From NCBI RefSeq assembly GCF_009914755.1, contig NC_060941.1: a DNA stretch of 64,000 bases. The stretch is one strand, 5' to 3'. Both the position numbers and the translations under genes were made by a program. This DNA comes from the human T2T-CHM13v2.0 reference genome, Homo sapiens. The notes below the pieces were generated by a model. The model was not told where the DNA came from, did not search any database, and worked only from the letters and a program-made list of their open reading frames with translations. Below are positions 1 through 27,300 of the stretch, in pieces. Every line of letters begins with the position of its first letter. Position 1 is the stretch's first letter.

Positions 1-510
1 AAAAAAAGGCATAGGCACATAAAAGTCAAAAATAGGAAGATGAGGTAGCGCTCAGTAAGTGCCAAAGGAGGAGACTTGAGGGCCAAGGGCTGACTGATGG
101 GCCACCACGATATTAGAAAACCAGAGTTCACAACCTGATCAAATACTCTTACATTGGCACCAGAGCTCAGAAGGAGTTGGAAAAACCTCTCAGTGGGCAA
201 GAATGAAGAATGAGTCAGAAGTTACTACTTTAAGCACTAATGAAAACACCCATTCTGGTGAGACCACACCAAGGTTTTTAGCATGTGTCAGATACTAATC
301 AAAGATAATACGTAAATAAAGGACATGGCTGATTGGTTTTTAATTAACAAAAATGAATCTCCCATATTCAAGACTACATGAGAGATAAAAGAGGGGTGAA
401 AGACATGGTCTGTGCACTTACGGAATTGACATTCATTTGGGAAAAAAAGGCATAGGCACATAAAAGCCAAAAATAGGAACATGAGAGGAACATGAGGTAG
501 CGCTCAGTAA
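1..510. repeat. Direct duplication with ~441-bp offset, probably the right edge of a larger duplication
   Basis: aaaaaaaggcataggcacataaaag(t/c)caaaaataggaa...atgaggtagcgctcagtaa at 1-58 recurs at 442-510. Confidence 0.75.
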
Positions 511-528
511 TTAAAAATGATCCATCTC

Positions 529-828
529 AGCTGGGCACTGTGGCTCATGCCTGTAATCCCAGCACTTGGGGAGGACTCGGTGGGAAGACTGCTTGACGCC
601 AGGAGTTCAGGACCAGCCTGGGCAACATAGCAAGACTCTTAGCTCTACAAAAAATTTAAAAAGTAGTTGGACACAGTGGCATGCACCTGTGGTCTCAGCT
701 ACTTGGGAGGCTGAGGCAGGAGGACTGATGAGCCCAGAGGGTCAAGGCTGCAGGGAGTCATGGTGGCACCACTGCACTCCAGCCTGAGTGACAGAGAGAG
801 ACCCTGTCTCTAAAAAAATATAAATAAA
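529..828 (+). mobile_element. Alu (AluJ-like)
   Basis: Dimeric Alu, diverged, A-rich tail. Confidence 0.85.
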
Positions 829-1115
829 CCACAGACAACATCTCCTTTAGACTCATCAAACACATTTACTTCGTCTCTTTTTTTTTTGCCATCCTCCAAT
901 ACTGTGATGCTCTGTCTCATTCTAAAAGGACAAGCAACTGAACTGACGCAGGTGCGACACTAACTGAGTGCTTTCAGGAACTCCGGGGCCTCTCCATTCT
1001 CCTCAGCTGATCCTTTACGCTCCGATGAGCCTGGAGAAGCTACAGACAAGGGCCAGTAGAAGCCACCTTGGGCTGCTCTCGTTAGTTTGTAGGATGCCAT
1101 TTCCCAAGACCTTAC

Positions 1116-1194
1116 CTTGCTCATGGCAGTCAGGGCAGGATCACAGGCAGCATCCAGATCCTGAACCAGCAGCTGAATACTGCTGGAGATGACG
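1116..1194 (-). CDS. VPS53: VPS53 internal coding exon (probably exon 17), 79 nt, phase 2-0
   Basis: [26 protein letters not shown], inside ORF 960..1289; ttgcag| acceptor, AAG|gtaagg donor. Confidence 0.95.
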
Positions 1195-1537
1195 CTGCAA
1201 ATCAAACAAATCACTGTGGTCACCCTTTCAAACAACGGCCGTCTGAATGACTGACACTCAGGCCCCTGTGTAAAAATCAGATTCATCATTTCACTGGCAA
1301 AGTTTGAGCTTTAATTAATGACAGCGGAGGAACAGCTTGGCTCTTTCTTCATGTCCTGGTTTTATCTGGGTGTGTCCTCACCCAGTCAGGATATAGAATC
1401 CCACGGTCAGTCTCCCTAATCACCACCCCAGTATCCCTGTTCACATCTTCCTCCCAAAGAACCTGCTTCCCAAAAATGTTTAAGTCAGAACTGAAGAAAA
1501 TAAAAAGCTAAGAAAAGTGGAGGAAATAAACTAAGAA

Positions 1538-1669
1538 GAGAATTTTGATTCTTCGTCAATAAGTGGTTGATGTGAAAGCTGAGAATTTTGATTCTTCGTC
1601 AATAAGTGGTTGATGTGAAAGCTGAGAATTTTGATTCTTCGTCAATAAGTGGTTGATGTGAAAGCTGAG
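1538..1669. repeat. 43-bp tandem repeat x3 (exact)
   Basis: gagaattttgattcttcgtcaataagtggttgatgtgaaagct at 1538, 1581, 1624. Confidence 0.95.
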
Positions 1670-2092
1670 GCCTGGCCCATGCCTGTCTCATTTAATGGCA
1701 GTGGAACAGAAACTGACCACAACAAAAATACCACAAGGTCCTAACAGGGAAAGAAGACTTTACTGTTAGAACTTCCTGGACGGACCTCCCCTGCCACTCC
1801 CACACTCTTATTCCCTCGGTGGCTAAATTTAAGCCATTTATACTTTATACTTTAAAACACTGAAGGTAGGCCTGGCCTTCTGTGGGTTTAGGTGGGGGCA
1901 GATCAGCAATGGCCAAGGGAGAATGTCTTCTCTGTGGTTATTCTTCACAGTGAGACAATGAAGACCCCATAAGCTAAAAGAGCAACTGCATCTGAGGAGG
2001 TACAATGGCAGCCCAGTTCTGAAGCTTCTTCTTAGTGGCCAGTAGGGACTCATTCTGACCCAACAGAAACCTCTTAGGTTCTGTAGTGACTA

Positions 2093-2521
<429 letters not shown>

Positions 2522-2558
2522 TTACTGCGTTTGATGATTCAGGCATAATTCCATACAC

Positions 2559-2986
<428 letters not shown>

Positions 2987-3395
2987 TAGCACTGTGCAGT
3001 ACTTGTTTCTTACCACACATCAATAATTCACATCAACTCATTCTGAAAAGACGCTGATTTTAAGATACTCCCTGCCCCATGAACTACAGACTTGCCCACC
3101 CACAATGGAAACCTTTGGTGTTGAGTAGCAGTAAAACCAGCTAAAATAGTCAGTGAATGCTACTACGGGCCAAGCACCTCATTAAGGCATTGGGGATACA
3201 GTGGTAAACAAAAGAAATGTGGTCCCTGCCATCATCAGCCGACAGCCGGGGACAGAAACACTCAACATGCTCCTGGCGCTCAAAGAAAAATAACGGGACC
3301 AAGACTTGTAAATACTTGGAGATATCCCTGGGAGTTGATTAATCTAGCACTGTAAACCTATTACACAAACTCTAAGAATAGCTAATGTTTTGGCC

Positions 3396-8001
<4,606 letters not shown>

Positions 8002-9370
8002 ATTTATGGTATAGTCCCTTAAAGAGAAATATTATGTGGCCATAAACAATGATAGTAATAATGACCTTGTAATGATAGTTATGATTATTACTATCATTAT
8101 AATGACAGGAGAAATGCTAATGCTATGTATGACACTAACAATAAAAGGATATAACAGTGAATTAAGATTGTAACATTCAAAACTATGTCTATGAATAACA
8201 ATTGAAAAAATACCCCAAATTGCTAATATGATTATTTGAGGATGATGGGATTAAAAGGGATCTTTATTTTTTTAAATACTACGGTTATTTTACCTTTAAA
8301 ATAGCATATTTACATGTATCGTATTTCTTTCTGTGCACACCCAAAATAGTTAAACAGTGTTTCTTCATGAAAGAACTCTGGAACCCCTGCCTTGGAGGTC
8401 CTTACAGATAGTGCCATCTTACCTGGGGAGTGGCCTGGGGCTAAACGGACTGCTCTGTGGCTCCAAGGCCAAACCCTGGAAGGTCATGACCTTCGCAACT
8501 CAACATGACCAGGTCCCCAGGCAGAGTGTGCTGCTGCCTCTGCCTCTGGCTGGCTTATGTGCCACTGAGGGGCCTTGGTAGACACACTTCCTATTTGACC
8601 TGCTATATTGCTGCCCTGGCACACAGGAGCTCCAAGCTGGGCTGTCTGAACTATCATTTATGACTGTCTTCTTGTGGTCTAGGCATCTGTAAATTATAAA
8701 TACAAAGTGGGTAGAAGAGCAGAACCTTTCCAAATTACTTTCTTTCTCTTGGCCTCAGGGGAATCCCAGACCAAGTGTGAAAAGGATTTCTAATTCCATG
8801 TTTAAGGCTGAATCAAAGGTTATTCTGGGTCTTCCTTCTGCTCCATCAGTTGCTGAACTATGGCCATGTGGGGGCCTCCAGCAGAGGCATCACCCTTTCC
8901 TGTCCCCCAGTTCCTAAACGTCAGCATCCCAAACAATGGCTATTTGTTGAGGCAGATTGAAAATGCCATGTAAATTTCAGAAGACACATAAAAGCCCAAA
9001 GGATTCTGCTTAACTTAGTAACACTTCTGAGCATGGAATAACTGGCTGTGACTCATCATCACCAAAGGCTGGGTCCTAGCACAGACAAGCTTGTTACTGC
9101 TTTTCTCATATGGGTTGGAGTGCTACTGACCTACTTTTAACAGGTCATGCCCTTTGAGGAGCTTACACAACTCCAGGGAGGTGACCAGTCATACTTTCTT
9201 GCCCAGTCTTCTTTTAACAAGGCCTTTCTGTAAGACAGCTGCCTGGGCAGCCTTATGGCTGGACACTGAGCTTTCCTCTGTGGCAGGCCAACTGGTCTGA
9301 CCCAAGGTTGTCTGTGGCCATGTTAGGACGTATATTCTTACTCGCCGAGCGACGCAGCCCAGAGGGTTCA

Positions 9371-9595
<225 letters not shown>

Positions 9596-9923
9596 CTAAT
9601 TTGCTTCCTGAACTGGAAACTACATTATTTTAAGATACAGAAAAGGGGGAAGTAAAGGCTGGACATGGCCCAAATCAATTCACATACAATGAGTCCTTTT
9701 CCTACTGACCTTACCTTGACACCGTCAGAAATAGGAAGAGATGATTCCTATTTTAGTTAATCTGAATCATCAGCAGGCCATTAGTCACATTAACTAGGAT
9801 GGTCTAATATCCAAAGGGAAGGCTGCTGAGCTGTCCTCTCTTTAGCTTGGAATCTCCTGATGTGCAGAACTCATTTAGGACCGTGTGGAGCACGAAAGAT
9901 GGTTACCTACCCTGTTTCTTTCA

Positions 9924-10161
9924 GTTAAGAAAAGTCTGCACTGGGACTCATGTGTGCTGGTGGAGGAGGACATAAGCGCATGTTAAGAGAAGTCTGCACT
10001 GGGACTCATGTGTGTTTGTGGAGGAGGACATAAGTGAATGTTAAGAAAAGTCTGCACTGGGACTCGTGTGTGCTGGTGGAGGAGGATATAAGCGAATGTT
10101 AAGAGAAGTCTGCAAGGGGACTCATGTGTGCTTGTGGAGGAGGACATAAGCGAATGTTAAG
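9924..10161. repeat. 58-bp minisatellite x4
   Basis: gttaagaaaagtctgcactgggactcatgtgtgctggtggaggaggacataagcgaat, unit starts at 9924, 9982, 10040, 10098. Confidence 0.93.
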
Positions 10162-10605
10162 ACATGCTTCCTGCCCAAGGCCCTAAGTGTCTCAAGAGGC
10201 CAACACCCATCACACATCCTCCTGTGACTACAGGTTTTGGGGCAGCCCCAGCTACTGAGTGAGTTCTATGGTAGTAACCACTACCCACTCATATCTGGAT
10301 GCTTTGGAATCCTCTGTTGGCTCCTTTCACCTTGCCCCCACTTCTGTGAACAGTCTCTCTACTGACATAATCCCAGCTGAGTATGCCATTTTTTTCTGCT
10401 GAGATGCTGACTAATACACGTGGGAAAATGCTCCCACGATGAAGTTAAACGGTAGCTGCAGGGAATAAAGCTATAAGCAGTATAGCCCCAATTCCGTGAC
10501 ACAAACAAACAAAAGCACACAGATCACACACATTAGGTATCTATCAAGAACGGAAAAATATATACAAAAAGTTACGTTCTCTTTGGGTAGTGGGATTATA
10601 CATAA

Positions 10606-10989
<384 letters not shown>

Positions 10990-11485
10990 TGAAACATTAG
11001 GCTCTGTCCAGCATGGCAGGAAGTGTGCACCACAAGAGGGACTTGGAACCTACTGGGAATGAGGAAAAAGCAGATTCATTCCTCCAACCCATCACTCCGG
11101 GGCATCATCTCACCAAAAGAGGCTTGGGTGAAACTGCTTAAGCTATTTATCAGTTATTTCCACCACAACCTCACTTTTTTTGTATGTGCCAAGTATCTAT
11201 AGCTGAATCCATGAAAATTAAATAGGCATACAATGGGATTGGTTCTCGAGTCCACCGTGGTAAGATTTGCCCACGTGGGCAGTCAGTGTGGACATTTCCT
11301 CTGATGGTCTTGATCAGCTGTGGAATGTCAGAGAGGAAATAGCTTCAGGCCCTCGGGAACTCAGGAAGCGTGCTTTCCTCCTTGATACTCTTGGTGGTTT
11401 AGTAAACAACTTCAGAGTGGATTTCCTTAAGATTCCCATATTTAGGTCTATTTGCCACCACTCAGACTATGAAGAACAGGACTCA

Positions 11486-11767
<282 letters not shown>

Positions 11768-12208
11768 TCAAGAAAAGTAAAGCAAATGTGCTCGTTTGCA
11801 ATGTACATAAACTACTGCCACAAGTAATCATTCCTACTGCATTTAAAACTTAAAATCGGATCGATTTTAATCAATATCATCATTCACTACCACCACCACT
11901 CCTACAACAGCAGTAATAAAATCTGACATATGAGATTCTAATCTCTAAGTCGATTGACATTTGTGCTTTATACTTTTCAAGGCATTTCATTATCATATTG
12001 GACTCCAAACCCCTGTAAGCAAGATAGGGTATTACTGGTCCCGCTAAAAGATGAGAAAATTAAGTCCTAGAAAGTTTCTCACAAAGTCTGTGGCAGAGCT
12101 GAGCCTAGACTCCAATACTAAAGTAAGAAACTAATCCTTCTATCATATTAGTACTGTTTACCCCTCCAAAAAGGAAAACCCTAAATCATGATAGTGATCG
12201 TTTTCTGA

Positions 12209-12699
<491 letters not shown>

Positions 12700-12941
12700 T
12701 AAAAACTAAGCAGCCTGGCTCTAAGCTTCAAGCCTTTAAGCACTCTACTTCCTAAAAACAAAAAGGTTATGATGTCAGCACATATTTAGACATCACGAAC
12801 CTAAATGTGCCCAAGAGACAGATGCCTAAACAAAGAGAAACTGTGAAATGTGTTATAATGGTTTCTTTCTCCTCCGATTTAGTTTTTTCTTAGAACTTCC
12901 AGAATCAAAGGTTTAAAAAAATCTTAGGAAAAGAGAGGGTA

Positions 12942-13826
<885 letters not shown>

Positions 13827-14095
13827 TCATCACCTGTGAGGATCCAGCAGAGCTGCAGTAACTGCTGCCTGCACAGCTGTGCTGTGTGAAGAATGGGAAG
13901 GGTTCCCACCACTCCTGACATGTTGCAACTTTTTAGGTTGCCGTTTAAGGCTATAGGAATCCAGCTGTGTTTTAAAAATGTATTTATATAATGGTAAGGA
14001 AGAAAAAGACAAGAACCACACATACCACCAATTAGCAGGAATAGGAGAAAATTGACATTTTACTCAAAGGCTTTTGTTATTGAAAGTCTATTATA

Positions 14096-14416
<321 letters not shown>

Positions 14417-14895
14417 AAAGTCTATTATATCCAGATACAACCACTCTGCCCTCAAAGAGCTTCTGGCCTAGGCTAAGTCTCTGTCTGTGGTGATAGTGAG
14501 AAAGCAGGGAAGGATCTCGTTGGTTGACCTCGGAAAGCTTCATGGCCACCACTCTTGTTCCTCATAACCTCTCTTGCCTCACTTTCCCACTGAATCTCCC
14601 ACCTCTCCTCCACAGCTGACCCAACACTCCAGCCAGAGGTTCCTCGCAACAGCTCCCCTGCTGGCCTACTCCCGGTCAGTGGGCCTCGCAACGGCTCCCC
14701 TGCTGGCCTACTCCCGGTCACTGGGCCTGTGTGACGTCCTGGCCAAAACGCTCTCCCACCACCTGTCCACTCCCCTTTCAAGCTCATCCAGGTCTCACCC
14801 GCAGCAGCTGCAACTTCTGTCATCTGCCACCCACCAACACTTTATTTAACACTTTATTAGACAGTGCGAGGATGCCATATATTCAAGAAATAACC

Positions 14896-15266
<371 letters not shown>

Positions 15267-15694
15267 TCACTGATCTCTCTTGTGATTCCAGAATCCTTCT
15301 TGAGACAGCACTCCAGCCAGTCACCTCTATCAACTGAAGTTGGTACAAAAGGCGAAGGAGGTAGAATCATCTGTTTCGTGCCTGTTAACACAAGCTCCCT
15401 GAGAGGAGGAATGACGTTTATGCTGGTTCTGCTGCCCCCGGCCCGCCCGTCATGCCAATGAGTGGAGTGAAGCTTCATGCTAGTGCTCGATACATACTTA
15501 CCTGATCAACCTCCACACTTTGTTCCTAGGGGATGGGAATGGAGGGTGGGAAGGTGGAAACGGGATGGAGGCCGGTGCAGTGGAGGAGAACATGGAACAG
15601 AAGGCAAAAGATTCCCCTGGGGTCTTCTTATGAGATTCTAATCTCTAAATTGATAGTGCCAACCAAATCAGGGACCAGAGCTCTGACATGGGTG

Positions 15695-20420
<4,726 letters not shown>

Positions 20421-20439
20421 TCAAAATAAACAACAATGG

Positions 20440-22043
20440 GCTCTCCCTCTCCCTCTCCTTCTCCCTCTCCCTCTCCCTACAGTCTCCCTCTCCCTCTCCC
20501 TACGGTCTCCCTCTCCCCCTCCCTACGGTCTCCCTCTCCCCACGGTCTCCCTCTCCCTCTCTTTCCACGGTCTCCCTCTGATGCCGAGCCGAAGCTGGAC
20601 TGTGCTGCTGCCATCTTGGCTCACTGCAACCTCCCTGCCTGATTCTCCTGCCTCAGCCTGCCGAGTGCCTGCGATTGCAGGCGCGCGCTGCCATGCCTGA
20701 CTGGTTTTCGTATTTTTTTGGTGGAGACGGGGTTTCGCTGTGTTGGCCGGGCTGGTCTCCAGCTCCTAACCGCGAGTGATCCGCCAGCCTCGGCCTCCCG
20801 AGGTGCCGGGATTGCAGACGGTGTCTGGTTCACTCAGTGCTCAATGGTGCCCAGGCTGGAGTGCAGGGGCGTGATCTCGGCTCGCTACAACCTCCACCTC
20901 CCAGCCGCCTGCCTTGGCCTCCCAAAGTGCCCAGAGTGCAGCCTCTGCCCGGCCGCCACCCCGTCTAGGAAGTGAGGAGCGTCTCTGCCTGGCCGCCCAT
21001 CGTCTGGGATGTGAGGAGCCCCTCTGCCTGGCTGCCCAGTCCGGAAAGTGAGGAGCGTCTCTGCCCGGCCCCCATCCCATCTAGGAAGTGAGGAGCGCCT
21101 CTTCCCGGCCGCCATCCCATCTAGGAAGTGAGGAGCGTCTCTGCCCGGCCGCCCATCGTCTGAGATGTGGGGAGCGCCTTTGCCCCGCCGCCCCGTCTGG
21201 GATGTGAGGAGCGCCTCTGCCCGGCCGCGACCCCGTCTGGGAGGTGAGGAGCGTCTCTGCCCAGCCGCCCCATCTGAGAAGGGAGGAGACCCTCTGCCCG
21301 GCAACCGCCCCGTCTGAGAAGTGAGGAGCCCCTCCGCCCGGCAGCCGCCCCGTCTGAGAAGTGAGGAGCGTCTCCGCCGGGCAGCCACCCCGTCCGGGAG
21401 GGAGGTGGGGGGGTCAGCCCCCCGCCCGGCCAGCCGCCCCATCCGGGAGGTGAGGGGCGCCTCTGCCCGGCCGCCCCTACTGGGAAGTGAGGAGCCCCTC
21501 TGCCCGGCGCGTCTGGGACGTGTGCCCAAGAGCTTATTGAGAACGGGCCATGATGACAATGGCGGTTTTGTGGAATAGAAAGGCGGGAAAGGTGGGGAAA
21601 AGATTGAGAAATCGGATGGTTGCCGTGTCTGTGTGGAAAGAAGTAGACATGGGAAACTTTTCATTTTGTTCTGTACCAAGAAAAATTCTTCTGCCTTGGG
21701 ATCCTGTTGATCTGTGACCTTACCCCCAACCCTGTGCTCTCTGAAGCATGTGCTGTGACCACTCAGGGTTAAATGGATTAAGGGCGGTGCAAGATGTGCT
21801 TTGTTAAACAGATGCTTGAAGGCAGCATGCTCGTTAAGAGTCATCACCACTCCCTAATCTCAAGTACCCAGGGACACAAACACTGCGGAAGGCCTCAGGG
21901 TCCTCTGCCTAGGAAAACCAGAGACCTTTGTTCACTTGTTTATCTGCTGACCTTCCCTCCACTATTGTCCTATGACCCTGCCAAATCCCCCTCTGTGAGA
22001 AACACCCAAGAATGATCAATAAAAATAAAAATAAAAATAAAAT
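20440..22043 (+). mobile_element. Full-length SVA (SVA_C/D-like), short VNTR, antisense to VPS53
   Basis: 5' G + (CCCTCT)n, Alu-like segment, GC-rich VNTR, SINE-R, AATAAA/poly-A; TSD aaaataa(a/t)caacaatgg at 20423-20439 and 22044-22060. Confidence 0.95.
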
Positions 22044-23464
22044 AAAATAATCAACAATGGTAATTAGTTTACAGACAGATGCTAGGCTCTAGAAAAGCAT
22101 GAGTTCTAGTCTAACAAAAGTTATTAGAGGGAACTCAGGAGAATGGGCAGATATGGAGTCACCAGTAACTTCCCTGATGGAGAACGCCATAGAATGGGGT
22201 AAAGAAAGTGCCTATGTAGAAATTTCTTTTGCAAGAGTCAGCCAGAGGAAATCACTAAATGCCAAGGGTAGAAGACAGACTAACCTCCTCTTTGAACATA
22301 AATAAAAATTGAGAAAGCCATTTAAAGGATGTAAGGACGGCTTAGCCCAACCTGCTAGTGGCCATCCCCACTTCCTGCCTCCTCCCTGAGTACTGGCTCT
22401 GCAGTCCTCCTACTGCTACTTGGCTTTTGGCTGGGGCAGATGCTGCCGGAACTTTCCCTTGGCAGGTGGGAGGCTGGGGAGATGAGAAGGTGGACCCCAT
22501 GCCAGGCTCAAGAGAAATCTGGCCACACTGACAAGGCCACCCACCCACATAGGAGTCCTGAAAAAGATGAGAGGGATGGCAGGGCAGGCACTGTTCCTGA
22601 GCACCATTTACTGTGTGCTGAAGGTGAAAATGCCACCTCTTCTCCTCCTCGCCACAAAGTCCATGAGGTCGGCCTTATGATCCTCACAGTGTAGAGGGGC
22701 TAGCTAGGAGCATGCTCAAGGTCCCAGCCTAGCAAGCGCGAAGCCTCACATCTAGGTATGTCTGGGATCAGGCCCACGCTCTTTCCACCACACTGTGTTG
22801 CGTCTCTGTCATCTGGGAAGTTATGAATGGTCTCATGCTTTCTGAGTTAGAGCTACAGCAAAAGTAGTAATGTGCACAAAACCAGTCCCCACCTGAGTTC
22901 CTTCTCCAGCCTCAGGATTCTTTGAAGGGAAGAAGCAGTTCCTAGAACTCCTTGAAATTACACTCAAAATAGTGTGTGCATGATATGGATTTTTTTGACA
23001 AGAGCGTCGATGCTTTCCATTGGGTTCTTAAAAAGGATCTATGACTTTAAAATGGTTAATAACGAGTGCGTTGGGCATTATTTTGTCTGACTATCTCTCT
23101 TGACAGATAAGGAAATGGAGTTCTTTGAACTCTATTTTCTACTTTGAGTTACAGTGTTTATTCTGCAGGAACAGCAGCACAGCCTGCGCAGTATCTGCTC
23201 CTTCCTTAGTGCTGCGGAAACTTCCCAGTGAGGCCAAACAGCAGGGTAAGTGGCCAGCACTTCATTTTTCACAGGAAAATGGAGAGTCCCCAAGGAAGGG
23301 AGGCCTGGCTCCTTGCCCAAAGTATCATGAACAATGAGTATACTTTGTATAAATCAAGGCCATGTGAAAAGAGTGGATGCCAGAATTACAATAACTCAGA
23401 AAAATGACCCTTTAAACCAGGTAGGTTTTGGGAAAGGATGTGGCTACCTCAGACATGTGCTTTA

Positions 23465-23780
<316 letters not shown>

Positions 23781-24382
23781 CCCTGGACCCAGTAACTTTT
23801 AAGCCTTTTAAAACGAAAAATTTGGGTTAAGAGAAGATGGGGCTTTGGCTGAAAAGAGTCATCCAGGGGGGTTCCTCAAAGACCTGTGACTCTAATAGGC
23901 AAATAACCAATCCTTTTTCCTGCCCCTCAGGGGTGTCTTAGTAACTTCCTGGAGGCAAACTGTGAATGTAGAAGACAGGGTGCTCTCAAGGACAAAGAGG
24001 CAGAAGTCCCCACTGTACCTCGGTGTGCCTGCTGGGCACGTGCCCACTGGGCAAGAGCAAGGGCACTACTGGGTCTTTGCAAGGCAAATGACGGCAAGGC
24101 AACTTGCCTTTGGTGGTGGGCTGATGGGGAGACTTCCATTTGATGATGGAGAAGCTACTGGGCAAGTTCATTTTCTGAGATTTTAATATGAAGTACTTTG
24201 TAATCGGGCATGAAAAGCATAGAAGCAGTCCATAAAATCACGTGAGTGAATAATACAGTTCCATGTGAAGTTTCTAATTGAAACATTGTCTTACTGTTAC
24301 GGTTTAAGAAACATGTTTGAAACTAAGAATGTGCTCACCCATGATAGAAGCATTAAAAACAAGGGGAGGGGTGAAGTGCAAT

Positions 24383-27300
24383 CAGACCTAAATGCGTAAA
24401 TGCAACCCCAGAGAGCCTCCCTAAAAACCTAATACGTTCCCAGAGAACTTCCCTCAGAACCTAACGCGTTCCCAGAGAACTTCCCTCAGAACCTCAATGC
24501 GTTCCCAGAGAATGTCCCTCAGAACCTAATGTGTTCCCAGAGAATCTCCCTCAGAACCTAATGCGTTCCCAGAGAACCTTCCTCAGAACCTCAATGCATT
24601 CCCAGAGAACTTCCCTCAGAACCTAATGCATTCCCAGAGAAATTCCCTCAGGATCTAATGTGTTCCAGGGAACCTCCCTCAGAACCTCAATGCGTTCCCA
24701 GAGAACCTCCCCCAGAATCTAATGCTTTCCCAGAGAACCTCCCTCAGGACCTAGTGCGTCCCAGAGACCTTCCCTCAGAACCTAATGCGGTCCCAGAAGA
24801 CTTCCCTCAGGACCTAATGCGTTCCTAGAAAACTCTCAGAACCTAATGCGTTCCCAGAGAACTTCCCTCAGAACCTAATGCATTCGCAGCGAACCTCCCT
24901 GAGACCCTAATGCGTTCCCAGAGAAATTCCCTTAGGACCTAAATGTGTTCCCAGAGAACTTCACTCAGAACCTAATGCATTCGCAGAGAACCTCCCTCAG
25001 AACCTAATGCGTTCCCAGAAAACCTCCCTCACAACCTAACGCGTTCTCAGAGAACTTCACTCAGGACCAAATGAGTTCCGAAAAACCACCCCAGAACCTC
25101 AATGTGTTCCCAGAGAACCTCCCTCAGAACCTAATGAGTTTCCAAAGAACCTCCCTCAGAACCTAATGTGTTCACAGAGAACCTCCCTCAAACCTAAATG
25201 GTTCCCAGAGAACCTCTCTCAGAACCTAATGTGTTCCCAGACAATCTGCCTCATAACCTAATGCGTTCTCAGATAACTTCCCTGAGAACCTCAATGCATT
25301 CCCAAAGAACTTCCCTCAGAACCTAACGCTTTCCCAGACAACCTCCCTCAGGACCTAATGCATTCCCAGAGAATCTCCCTCAGAACCTAATACATTGCCA
25401 GAGAACCTCCCTCAGAACCTCAATGCATTCCCAGAAAACATACCTCAGAACCTAATGCATTCCCAGAGAATCTCCCTCAGCACCTAATGTGTTCCCAGAG
25501 AACCTCCCTCAGGAGCTAATGCATTCCCACAGAACCTCCTCCAGCACCTAATGCGTTCCCAGAGAACCTCCCACAGACCTCAATGCATTCCCAGAGAACT
25601 TCCCACAGAACCTAATGTGGTCCCAAAGATCCTCCCTCAGAATCTAATGCGTTCCCAGAAAAATTTCTTCAGAACCTAATGCATTCCCAGAGAACCTCCC
25701 TCAGGACCTCCATGCGTTCCCACAGAACCTCCCTCAGAACCCAATACGTGCCCAGAGAACCTCCCTCAGAACCTCAGTGCATTTCCAGAGAACCTCCCTC
25801 AGAACCCAATATGTGCCCAGAGAACCTCCCTCAGAACCTCAGTGCATTCCCAGAGAACCTCCCTCAGAACCTAAAGCGTTCACAGAGAACCTCCCTCAGA
25901 ACCTAATGCGTTCCCAGAAAACCTCCCTCAGAACCTCAATGCTTTCCTAGAGAACCTCCCTCAGAACCTCAATGACTTAGCAGAGAACCTCCCTCAGGAC
26001 CTCAATGCATTCCCAGAAACCTCGCTCAGGATCTAGTGCGTTCCCAGAGAACCTCTCAGAGAACCTAAAGCATTCCCAGAGAACCTCCCTCAGAACCTAA
26101 TGTGTTCCCAAAGAACTTCCCTCAGACCTAATGCTTTCCCAGAAAACCTCCTTCAGAACCTAATGCATTTCCAGAGAACTTCCCTCAGGACGTCAATGCG
26201 TTCCCAGAGAACCTCCCTCAGAACCTAATCTTTCCCAGAGAACCTCTGTCAGAACTCAGTGAGTTCCCAGAGAACCTCCCTCAGAACCACAATGCATTCC
26301 TAGAGAATCTCCCACAGAACCTCAATGAGTTACCACAGAACCTCCCTCAGGACCTCAATGCGTTCCCAGAGAACATCCCTCCAAACCTAATGCGTTACCA
26401 CAGAGCCTCCCTCAGAACCTAATGCGTTCCCAGAGAACCCCCAACAGAATCTCAGTGCATTACCAGAAAACCTCCGTCAGGACCTAATGCGGTCCCAGAG
26501 AACATCCCTCAGAACCTAATGCGTTCCCAGAGATCCTCCCTCAGAATCTAATACGTTCGCAGAGAAACTCCCTCAGAACCTAATGCATTCCCAAAGAACT
26601 TCCTTTAGGACCTCAATGCGTTCCCAGAGAATCTCCCTCACAAAGTAATGCATTTCGAGGCAACCTCCCTCAGAACCTCAGTGCATTACCAGAGAACCTT
26701 CCTAAGCACGTAATTCATTCCCAGAGAACTTCCCTCAGAACCTAATGCGTTCCCAGAGATCCTCCCTCAGAATTTAATGCGTTCCCAGAGAAATTCCCTC
26801 AGAACCTAATGCATTCCCAGAGAACCTCCCTCAGAATCTCAGTGCATTACCAGAGAACCACCCTCAGGACCTAATGTGGTCCCAGAGAACATCCCTCAGA
26901 ACCTAATGCGTTCCCAAAGATCCTCCCTCAGGACCTAATGCGTTCCCAAAGATCCTCCTTCAGAATCTAACACACTCACAGAGAAATTCCCTCAGAACAT
27001 AATGCGTTCCCAAAGAACTTCCCTTAGGACCTCAATGCGTTTTCAGAGAACCTCCCTCAGAACCTAATGCGTTCCCAGGCAACCTCCCTCAGAACCTCAC
27101 TGCATTACCAGAAAACCTTCCTAAGCAGGTAATTCTTTCCCAGAGAAATTCCCTCAGAACCTAATGCGTTCCCAAAGAATCTCCCTCAGAATCTAATGCA
27201 TTCCTAGAGAACATCCCTCAGAACCTGATGCGTTCCCAGAGATCCTCCCTCAGAATTTAATGCGTTCCCAGAGAAATTCTCTCAGAACCTAATGCGTTCC

